Part shown: one piece after another, positions 53,620 to 64,000 of the stretch
How positions within the stretch are numbered: position 1 is the stretch's first letter
How the letters are laid out: each line of letters begins with the position of its first letter
Source of the DNA: Nemertoderma westbladi
Lineage: Eukaryota; Animalia; Xenacoelomorpha
Reading direction: 5' to 3'
Assembly: GCA_032718475.1 (NCBI GenBank)
Contig: JAUCBJ010006750.1
Coordinates: 62,001-126,000, forward strand
DNA: 64,000 nucleotides
Position numbers and translations under genes: made by a program
The notes under the pieces: generated by a model
What the model saw: the letters and a program-made list of their open reading frames with translations, nothing else
Databases searched by the model: none
What the model was told of the DNA's origin: nothing

Positions 53620-54651
53620 CTAAATACTCCCAAAGGACAACCATCTTGGAAAGCACCAACTTCCAATGTAGGAATCCGAGAATTTCCTGTAGTGCAGTTG
53701 AGAGTCCATGGTCCTGACAAAAGTTATATAGTGAACGCCCTTCTCGACTCTGGCAGCACAGGAACATTCATTGACAAAGAACTAGCTGAAGACATCTTTG
53801 CTGGACAACCCAAGTTCCGAACCAAGTTAATCATATCAGGAATTATGCAGGTTTGGAAATCTACAGTAACTACAGATTACTACGTAGGCGCGTTGTCCAC
53901 CCCCCAGGATGAACTAGGAGAACACAGTATAAGGTCAGTAAAAATGGTGGCGATAAAGAACTTCGCTACCAGTCAAGGGGAACCTTATAACTGGGATGAG
54001 GATGACTTCACCCATCATCATAAGATACCTAGATTCAACACAGACTACCCTGGAGTGCAAATACTCATCGGCCAAAATGCGCATGAGGCGCTTGAGACAT
54101 TGGAGAAACGGCCTGCTCAACCGCAACCACTACAAGTCTATGCGGGAAGAACTAGAGTGGGTTGGTACTTTACTGGCCCTTCCCGTAGAACACTCATGGA
54201 AAGGTTGCCCAAAGAACGGGTCTACCACGTAAGTAAATGGGAAGTGGAGAGCAGTGAGGTGGACGATCCAACTGAGGGAATACCATACTCCTCAGATAAT
54301 GACGATATTAATTCTAATGAAGATCAATGGAGACATTGCCTTGGGACGATTAATCCAGCCGACATCGCTTCCAGAGGAGCAGCTCCTCAAGAACTGATAG
54401 ATACTCCGGACTGGCTAAGTGGACCCGACTTCCTAAGTAAAGAAGAAGATGAATGGCCTTCTCAGCTTACCACGGCGGAGATTAGACAGGCCAAGGGAGC
54501 GGAGAAAGTAACACAACAACTCAATCGCCCAGCTGGTCGTTTATGTTTACTGGAAAGAGATCGAAAACTGTCCGGACACTATGGAAGGCAAGATACTCTT
54601 CCCATGACCACCTCCCTAATCCAAGAAATATCTAGGGACTCCATAACGTAA
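53620..54651 (+). pseudogene. pol: Element B pol remnant: protease fused in frame to a post-RNase H fragment and the integrase C-terminus
   Basis: ALLDSGS, ILIGQN, TRVGWYFTGP, then QWRHC..NPADIASRG..WLSGPDFL, then TQQLNRPAGRLCLLE. No YVDD and no DDE core. Confidence 0.9.
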
Positions 54652-56277
54652 CAACATACGGAGTGGGTGTGTGACTATATTATTTTGCATATTTTATTAT
54701 TTTTATATTTATGTATGTATTATTATGTAATTTTATTATAATCGTTTTCTTTAATTTTATTTAGTCGAATATTATTTTAGCAATTATTTAGTAGATTAGT
54801 GCAATATATTAATGTTTATTACTTAATTACTTATATATTATATATTTAGTGCGACGGCGAGAAATAATTATTTTTCTCTTTCCTTACTGTCCGTATCATA
54901 TTATAAATACGTGACTACAGTAAGATGAAATATCCGTACTTATTAAAGTACAATAAAGCTCCTACTATATTCAAGTATTATTGGTAAGCAGAGTATTAGG
55001 AATGCAAAGTTCAGATCCTCGTGTCTCGGCTAAACCAAGCTCTGGGTAGACCTTGGAAACGACTTGCCTCTTCTCACTGACATTGCTTCGTGCGATATTG
55101 CTCTCATACCGTATATTAAATAATACATATAGTAGCGTGATGTCCCTTTAACAGTAGCGTAAAACGCAAAATAAATCTGTTAAACCCTTTGACCATCTGT
55201 AATTCTAGTCGATTAAGATATCGCGGCACCCACCGATATACTTGAAAGACAAATTCTAGAATCAGTGGTTAACGTCCCCAGACAAGTTCTGGAATAAATC
55301 GGTGCCCATCTCAAATATTAATTATTAATATTTCAAATCAATAATCAAAATCTGTAAAATTCAGATCCTTCAACAATTTCTAGTCGATTAAGATATCGTA
55401 GCATTTACCGATATTCTTAAAAAGACAATTGTCATAGAATTAAGGATCTTGTGTCCCCAGACATGTTCTGGAATCAAAATATGTCAATTTAATTTCAAAT
55501 AATAAAATTTCAGGGAATAAATTCTAAATTCATGCCTTTTAATGAATTTAATAAATTGCCATTTTTACGCAATTTATAACATTCCCAAAATTCCATTAAT
55601 TAATAGATCAAGGGAGCGGAGATTTATCTTATTATGCGTATGAGTGTGCGAAAGTCTCCCAAACATAGTCAATAGCCGATAAAATTCATAAAGTCATGTA
55701 TAAAACAGAACATTGACTATTAAAGAATTACTATTAAATAACATCCCAGATCTGTATGCATTGGAATTACCCTAATTCTACCGCTAGCTTTGCATAATGT
55801 CACCATAGCAACAACCACGCTAGAATTAGAATTGAGTTAAAAGAACAATAGAAAGCTTGTCCCATTGAATAGCATAGGGAATAAATAGTGCACTGATAGT
55901 ATCCAAGGATACATAATAATAAGTGACATTCTGGAAGGCATTGACTAACGGACAAGTGACCCGAGTGTGTGTAATTTGTGACAAGTTGTGTGTGTGGTAC
56001 TTGTGAGTTTATAGGCGAATGTTACTACTAAGGTGTGTTTACAGTAGCTAGTCGCAATCGTAAAAGTAACCTAACTCTCCAAGGAAAACCTGAAGTACAT
56101 CTAAGCCTTTGGGACGGACAGTCGAGTGACTTGTGCCGGTTGTCGTTGTCGTTGTGCGGCTACGTCGTTGGCGAAAGTACAGCGGCGACGACACATCGGC
56201 GCTGAGGATCTCGTACTGTCCGGGGGTTAATTGGAGTAGGCAGCGACGCTCGCTAGCCTGAATATAAACTCCTTATA

Positions 56278-57636
56278 ATGTGGATAAACTCATATATAGC
56301 AGACATGATGGAGTTGATAGCAGATGTTCTTGGTATCGGGGAGCGATATACTCTACTTTTGCAAGCGTTTGTTGATAGCTTAATACGCGGCGACGTTAGT
56401 CCAACTGCTGCGGAGGACGATGGTCGTTATATCGAACCGCCAATGTCCCAAGAGCAGCTCGCGCGCGAGTTGGACTATAGAAAATTCGCTGCTCGATATA
56501 CGCAGCGTAATGGTACGTATGTGGTCTTCTTAACTACTGGTCATCCTATCGATTTACACAATACGGACTATGTCGACTATATATCCTGCCCAGCGGAGTC
56601 GGAACCATAAACTGAAATTCGAATGCGAAAATTCTATTCGAAATCGACTCGAAAGAAAAGACACTAAAGAAACAAATGGACGCGGTAACTCCAACGTATA
56701 TTTGGAATTCTTGATAGAAGCATTGTAACAACAAATAAATATCACCCGCGTTTCCCCTACCAGACGTGCGTCTTTGGTATTATTACGATAAATGTCCTAG
56801 ACCCAGCCAATAAACGGAAAGACATAAACATCCACGGAAACGTCGTGTTAAACACAGTTGTGTTCGTTATATTTACTGGAGTTTCGAGCGAAACTTGTTT
56901 GACGTATCACCTATGCTCACTCGGCTCTAACGATCCTAGAGTAAACCTACGATCAGAGTCCCGGAATACTCGGTCAAACCTCCTCATTCCTTAGTTGGAC
57001 CTCAGACCTGCGATCCTGGTGGTGTCGCGGATCCTCGCGGACGGTATTCACTGTTCAAGATCTAGTGCTACCCTAACAATTAATCGGTAACACTCCGACA
57101 GTGATTTCTAGCTAGCCGCCCATCTTACCTAGCTGGATTATGACGCAGACACCTAATATCATTATCCAACCGTATGGTCGTCCCGTTTAACGCGATACAA
57201 CCCTTCATCAAAGTGAAGGAGAGCGTTGTACGAAACGAGTTAAACGCTATTCTATAAAGATCAAAAAAGAAACCTGCGTTTGTTCAGATAAACGTAAGTT
57301 ATAACAGTAAGTCCAATCGATAAACGAATTGTCTTTATCTCAGTTCGATTGTGAAATCCAGAATCTCTAAGAAGATATCGCACTTAGACAACCCCATTCT
57401 CTGCGAGAGTTTTTGGATGAACGTATCCAGCTACGAGCGGAGGAAAATCAGCTCGAGGAGAAGCATATCGAAACGGCGGATACCCCGACCACAATCCTAC
57501 ACCTTCTGATGCAATCATATTGCACCCTTCACCCAGGAGTTATGGCCCTCCTAGTAAAGTGGCTCCCCCCAAAGAGAAAAAGACTCTTGCTAGCCTCAAA
57601 AAACTGCGTAAACGCCGTCTGCGTAAGAAAGACTAA
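56278..57636 (+). pseudogene. Element B accessory ORF, unknown protein with basic C-terminus (disrupted)
   Basis: Homologous to 61685-60134 (e.g. ERYTL.LQAFVDSLIRGDVS, RYIEPPMS.EQL.RELDYRKF.ARYT). Ends KLRKRRLRKKD* at 57636, shortly before the PPT. Confidence 0.65.
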
Positions 57637-57706
57637 CTGTTTAGAGTATCTTTATGTTTTAGAAACTGTGATTTTTATATTTTATAGACTGAAAATCCCA
57701 TTTTCT

Positions 57707-57714
57707 GGGAGCGG
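57707..57714 (+). promoter_or_regulatory. PPT of element B
   Basis: GGGAGCGG directly before the LTR start TGTAAAAG. The same sequence occurs in element C (60056-60063, minus). Confidence 0.75.
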
Positions 57715-58928
57715 TGTAAAAGCTTTTACTGAATTGTCCGGTTATTTTTCCTTATTTTTCCCGTAAAGTACTCTGTAGTTGGTTTACCAGGCATAAAAAG
57801 GCCGTGTCCTTGCTGTACTGGTGTTTTAGCGGACATAAGAGCTATTTCTTCTGTATTTGTACTTTAGAGGACATAATCCGTAATTCCGTGACGTAAAAGC
57901 TCGATACTCTTGAAAACAGTGTCGCTACCATGACGACAGCTAGCAGCTGATATTGCCACGTCGACGTTTCTTTGTTTCTCTGTTCTCTCGTTGTTCAGGT
58001 TGACCAATCAGAGCGTTTGTTGTCTTTGTGTTGGAGGTATATACAGAAACTCAGTAGTTCAGTGTTATGTTTTTGCCCAGAGCCTAAGAACCGGCTTTGG
58101 CACCTCCGTGTTTTAGTTTTTAGTCTTACACTAGTAGGTTTAATTATAAAGGGCATATATCCTTTAACTACCTGACTCATGGAATCACTGCTAACTGATC
58201 ATACATACTGACTGCTGAAACATTGCAAACTCATAACAATCAGTGTTTTCATTGTTGTTTTATACTGCTATTTACCGTCAGTTCTTCATAATATGGTTGA
58301 TGAATTATTATATTTGGAATAACGATAAATAACCCCGAAACCCAATATTCTTGATATACCGAAGGTAAGAGAGAAGGGTTACAGATAAACGATTGTGACT
58401 TATGTTAAAGTGGTTTGAAGTGAATCTAATGTTATTTGATAGACCCTACATGAGTCAGTCTGTGTTCCTTTTATATGTGACTAAAATCAGTGAAGATTGG
58501 CAGATTAGTGTGCAGTATTGTGCAGCATTGTGTATGAGTGAGTCTGTTAAAGAAGCAATTCCTAAAGAATGCGCCATATATGTGAATTATAATTAAGCCA
58601 TATCGTTGTGAGTAGTTTAAGTCATAACTCTGTTTATATAGATAAAGCGCCACGTCCTAAAGGAACTGTTAATATTCCCGAAGGTGAATAATATTGTCAG
58701 AGATTATATAATACTGTCAGTCGAATAATACATTAGGCTTACATAGCAATAAAATTAAACCGTCGAACCCAATCTCCCGGGAATATCCAGCGGGTGAATG
58801 GTCGCGCACGGATTGGTTTCGACTAGTGTAGTGAATCAAATACTTGTCATAGACTAAAAACTGATTTAATATCTAGAAGACATCTTAATTTGGTGGGTTA
58901 AACTGCCAAAGGTCTGAAAGCGCGAACA
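57715..58928 (+). repeat. 3' LTR of element B (1214 bp)
   Basis: TG...CA termini. Colinear with 47280-48483 but visibly diverged. Confidence 0.88.
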
Positions 58929-60055
58929 CTGCCAATTTTAGGTGTCTTTTTGTATATCAATTATTTAATGTACTGAAGGTACATCAGCCGAAGCCAGCCT
59001 GTGCGCGACCATTCACCCACAGTTAAGGGAGACTGGATTCGGATGCTTTGATAGTGATTGCAGTGTATACCTACTGTATCATTCGATTGATCGTTAATAT
59101 ATAATCTCTGACAATATACTTACTTTCGGGGAAATATTAACAGTTCCTTTAGGACGTGGCGCTTTAAGTATAAAACAGAGTTATGACTTATACTAATCAC
59201 AACTGGATGGCTACTGAGTTTCGTAAAAGGCGCATTCTTTAGGAGATGCTTTATTAACCTTCACACTACTTCACACGACTTCACACTACTTCACACTACT
59301 GCGCACTGATCTGCCGACCGTCACTGAATTTGATCATATATAAGGAGGATCGCAACTGACACATGTAGGGATTATGAAATAGCATTCAATTCACACAAAA
59401 ACCACTATAATGTAAGTCGCAGTTGCTACCGGTAAACCTGTTCCTCTAACCTTTAGTAATCAAAGAGATTGAGGGTTTTATGATTATTCATCGATATTCT
59501 CCAAATATATCAGCAATATATACTAACATAACACCAATTAATAACAGAACCAAATAATGCGGTGAACAGTCAGTATGTGTAGTTGAATCGCGTTGCATAG
59601 TGCAGCGGTGTGGCGGTGTGCTGCGTTAATAGTTTTACGTTCCTTTGATCAAAGCCATCTGATGTTTCTGAGGTTTAGGTCAAAGTCTGAAACTTCCACA
59701 GAAGTACAGAAGAATCCCAAGCTGGTGTTCTGGGCTTAGAAAGATACACACACTGACTGAATTGCCTGAGTTTCTGTAGGTATGGTACAACACAAAGTGA
59801 AAATCGCTCTGATTGGTCGAGCGAGCCAAACAAAGAACAAAGAAAGCTCCACGCTGGCATTAAATCAGCTGACAGATTGCGTCATCTGAGTCATCTTTTA
59901 GAGTATTAAGCAAATTGCGGAGAAAATGGCTTGTTATGTCCGCTAAAGCACACATGCAGACATAGCGGGTAAAAATGGCTTGTTATGTCCGCTAAAACAC
60001 CTACACAGTATATTGCGGAGTAAAATGGCTTGTTATATCCGCAAAAGCTTTTACA
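58929..60055 (-). repeat. 3' LTR of element C, lacking its last ~30-35 bp
   Basis: Starts TGTAAAAGCTTTTG at 60055. Contains three copies of AAAATGGCTTGTTAT(G/A)TCCGC. Stops at ...AAATTGGCAG, where B's LTR end abuts. Confidence 0.85.
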
Positions 60056-60133
60056 CCGCTCCCAGAAAATGGGATTTAATTCTATAAAATATAAAAAATC
60101 ACAGTTTCTAAAATATAAAAATACTCTAAACAG

Positions 60134-61685
60134 TTAGTCCTTCTTACGCGAATGGCGTTTATGCAGTTTTTTGAGGCTAGCAAGAGTCCTTTTCTCTTTG
60201 GGGCGAGCCACTTTACTAGGAGGGCTATAACTCCTGGGTGAAGGGTGCAATACAATTGCATCGGAAGGTTTAGGATGACGGTCTGTGTATCTGCCGGTCG
60301 AGGTACTCGGTTGATCAGTATCAACCTCAGTGGAACGAGGTTGAACAACCTTCAGAGCGCGTTTCAAGACAGCAGCTCTTACTGGCCCCTGACGATTTGT
60401 CTGCACAAGAGCGGTAGGTGGACTGTGTGTAGTGAGAAATTTCCTCGGTTTGATGGTTCTTTCCGACTCGAGTTCTCGGGCTCTGTCGAAATCGATATGC
60501 TTCTCCTCGAGCTGATTTTCCTCCGCTTATCGTTGGAAGCATTCATCTAAAACTCGTTTAGAGAGTAGGGTCGTCCAAGTTCGATATCTTCTTAGAGATT
60601 CTGGATTTCCAGATCGAACTGATATAAAGCTAATTCGTTTACCGCTTGGACTTGTTGCTGCAATTTACGTTTTTCTAAGCAATCGTAGGTTCCTTTTCCG
60701 ATCTTTTATCGAATAGTGTCCAACGCGTTTCGTACAACTCTCTCCTCCACCTCGGTGACAGGTTGTATCGGGTTAAACAGGGACGATTATACGGGTTGAA
60801 CGGCGATATTAGGTGTCCGCATCCCAATCCGGTTAGGTATGATGGGCGAATATCTAGGGAGCCCACAACCGGAGTGCCACCGACTAATTGTTCGTGTAAC
60901 ACTAGATCTTTGAACAGTGAGTAAGCTTGGGAGGATCCGTGATACTATTAGGATCAAGAGTCTGAGGTCTCACCAGGGAATGAGGAGGTCTGACCGAGTA
61001 TTCCGGAACTCCGATCATGGGTTTATTTAAGGATCGTTTGAGTCGAGCGAGCGTAGATGATACATCGAACAAGTTTCGCTCAAAACTCCCGTAAATATAG
61101 CGAGTAAAACTGTGCTTAGCTCAACGTTTCCACTGATGTTTATGTCTTTCCGTTTGTTGGTTGGGTCTAGGACATTCATCGTAATAATACCAAAGACGCA
61201 CGTCTTGTAAGGGAAACGCGGGTGATCTTTCTTCAATTTTACAATGTTTCTCTCAAGAATTCCAAATATACGTGGGAGTCACTGCGTTTATCCGGTTCTT
61301 TAACGTCTTCTCTTTCGAGTCGATTTCGAATAGAATTTTCGCAGTCGATTCTCAGTTTATCGTTCCGACTCCGCTGGGTATGATATTTAAATAGGACCAT
61401 TTCCCTTTTGGTGTCGACATCGTCCGTATCATGTAAATCGATAGGATGACCAATAGTTAAGAAGTCCATATATGTACCATTATGATGCGTATAGCGAGCG
61501 GTGAATTTTCTATAGTCCAATTCACGCGTGAGTTGTTCCTTTGACATTGGCGGTTCGATATAACGGCCATCTTCCTCCGTAGTAGGTTGACTAACGTCGC
61601 CGCGTATTAAACTATCAACAAACGCTTGCAATGGTAGGGTATATCGCTCCCTGATACCAAGATCATCTTCTATCAACTCAGTCAT
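60134..61685 (-). pseudogene. Element C accessory ORF, unknown protein ~500 aa (disrupted)
   Basis: Successive fragments 61685-61239, 61236-61027, 60902-60675 and 60406-60134 (ending KKLHKRHSRKKD*), colinear with the B copy. Confidence 0.65.
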
Positions 61686-63379
61686 AGCTGCTATATGAGT
61701 TTATCGATATTATAATTAATCATAATTAGGCTAGCGGTTGTTGCTGCCTACCCCTCAATGCCCCCGGACAGCGCAAGATCCTCAGCGCTGATGTACTGTC
61801 GCCGCTGTGTCTATCGCCAACATAGTAGCTACACAACGACAATAACAACCAGCGCGAGTCACTCCACTGTCCGTCCCAAGGGCTCAGATTTATTTCAGGT
61901 TCTTACTGCAGAGGTAGGGCTACTTTCACAACTGCGACTCGCTACTGTAAACACACTTTAGTAGTAACATTCACCTATAAACGCACAAATTCCACATAAC
62001 TGTCACAAACCGCACACATTCGGGCCATTTGTCCGTTAGTCAAGTGCCTTCTAGAATGCCACGTTATTATTATGTATCCCTGGATACCAGCGGTGTGCTA
62101 TTTATTCCGTATGCTATTCAATGGGGCAAGCTTTTTATTGCTCTTTTAACTCGCTTCTAATTCTAGTGTGGTTGTTGCTATGGTGACATTATGGAAAGCT
62201 AGCGGTAGAATTAGGGTAATTCTCATGCATACAGATCTGGGATGCTATTTAATAGTAATTCTTTAATTGTCAATATTCCCCTTTATACATGATTTTCTGA
62301 ATTTTATCGGCTATTGACTATATATTGGAGATTCTCGCACACTAATACACTTAATAGGGTGAATCTCCGCTCCCATGATCTATTAATTAATGGAATTTTG
62401 GGAATGTTATAAATTGCATAAAATGACAATTTATCAAATTCATGAGAGGATATGAATTTAAATTTATTCCCGTAAATTTTATCATTTAATATTAAATAGA
62501 CACAATTTTATTCCAGAGCATGTCTGGGGACTTAGGATCCTGAATTCTGGGAAATTTGTCTTTTTAAGAGTATCGGTAAGTGCTACGATATCTTAATCGA
62601 CTAGAATTTTAAAGGATCTGAATTTTAACAGATTTTAGATTTTCTAGAGTTAACTTGTAAGTATTTACTCTATTGTATTTGTTTGACAGATTTTATAAAT
62701 GTTAATAGTTAATATTTAAGATGGGCACCGGTTTATTCCAGAACTTGTCTGGGGACGTTAACCACTGATTCTAGAATTTTGTCTTTCAAGTATATCGGTG
62801 GGTGCCGCGATATCTTAATCGACTAGAATTACAGATGGTCAAAGGGTTTAACAGATTTATTTTGCGTTTTACGCTACTGTTAAAAGGACATCACGCTACT
62901 ATATGTATTATTTAATATACGGTATGAGAGCAATATTGCAAGAAACAATGTCAGTGAGAAGAGGCAAGTCGTTTCCAAGGTCTACCCAGAGCTTGGTTTA
63001 GCCAAGACACGAGGATCTGAGTTTTGCATTCCTAATACTCTACTTACCAATAATACTTGAATATAGTAGGAGCTTTATTGTACTTTAATAAGTACGGATA
63101 TTTCATCTTACTGTAGACACGTATTTATAATATGATACGGGCAGTAAGGAAAGAGAAAAAGAATTATTTCTCGCCGTTGCGCTAAATATATATAATATAA
63201 TTAAGTAAGTAATAAGACTAATATATATTGCACTAATCTACTAGATAATCGCTAAAATAACATTCTACTAAATAAAATTAAAGAAAACGATTAGAATAAA
63301 AGTACATAATAATATATACATAAATATAAAATAATAAAACATATAAAACAATATGGTCAAACACCCACTCCAGACGCTG

Positions 63380-64000
63380 TTACGTTGAGGAGTCCCTAGA
63401 TGTTGGTTGGATTAGGGAAGTGGTCGTGGGAAGAGTATCTTGCCTTCCATAGTTTCCGGAGAGTTCTCTGTCTCTTTCCAGTAAACATAAACGACCGACT
63501 GGGCGATTGAGCTGCTGCGTCTCGAAGACAATTCCCGGTTTCTTAAAGTTACGTCGCATGACGACGAGTTCTACCGATCGCACTAAACCATCATCTGAGA
63601 TATGAGTCTCGATGATACGACCTGTCTGCCACTGCGTACGTGGAAGATCTGAATCCACAATAAGGACCATGTCTCCGGCGCTGACGTTTTCTTGCTGCGC
63701 AAACCACTTGGTTCGAAGTTGTAGCGTCGGCAGATAATGTTTTTCGAAATGGTCAGCGAAACGACGGGATAACAACTGCATAAGTTACCAAGTTTGCCGG
63801 CAGTATTCGTCTCCGTCCGTGATTTCCGATTGTGGGAGCATGGCTGCAGGTTTCTTCAGTAGGAAGTGCGCGGGTGTTAGCGCTTCCAGGGAATCGGGAC
63901 TCGATGAGACTGGCATAAGCGGTCTCTCTTTGAGATAGGCGGCGATTTCCTCCATTAACGTCCGCAAAAGTTCGTCGGTGAGATACGCGCGGCATGGCAC
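63380..64000 (-). pseudogene. pol: BEL/Pao integrase C-terminal region of element C (in-frame stop)
   Basis: ERPL...EALTPAHFL, YLPTLQLRTKW, GDMVLI, WQTGRI, DGLVRSV, RPVGRLCLLE. Confidence 0.93.

Larger units (their letters stand above)
47280..58928 (+). mobile_element. BEL/Pao LTR retrotransposon B, non-autonomous (RT and most of RNase H/integrase deleted)
   Basis: LTR - 1.9-kb leader - gag - insertion - protease fusion - 3-kb accessory region - PPT - LTR. Confidence 0.88.
58929..64000 (-). mobile_element. BEL/Pao element C (same family as B), 3' portion; continues beyond window
   Basis: Integrase C-terminus, accessory region, PPT and LTR are all reverse-complement homologues of 54510-58900. 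Confidence 0.92.

Noticed and set aside
54668-58928. A single 4.3-kb LTR containing the ORF
   Set aside because: The 5' copy begins exactly at TGTAAAAG, matching 57715, so the LTR is ~1.2 kb.

Overview
Eukaryotic, heterochromatin-like window with no recognisable host gene. Bases 1-33823 are a tandem satellite of a 63-bp monomer (roughly 510-520 copies) with multi-kb higher-order structure, interrupted once by a 5'-truncated, apparently young LINE (~14466-15682) whose empty site survives in a sister higher-order copy. Bases ~34240-64000 are a nest of three decayed BEL/Pao LTR retrotransposons. A (minus, ~34241-47279) has lost its 5' end. B (plus, 47280-58928) is internally deleted and probably chimeric. 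C (minus, 58929 to the window end) is the same family as B and lies tail-to-tail with it, forming a ~9-kb imperfect palindrome. Most unusual: both families carry 3-5 kb of extra sequence between integrase and the PPT/3' LTR, containing sense-strand accessory ORFs that do not look like env. Family A has two, one with extra CCHC zinc knuckles. Family B/C has one ~450-520 aa ORF with a basic tail, present in both copies. All alignments and identities were judged by eye and no searches were run.
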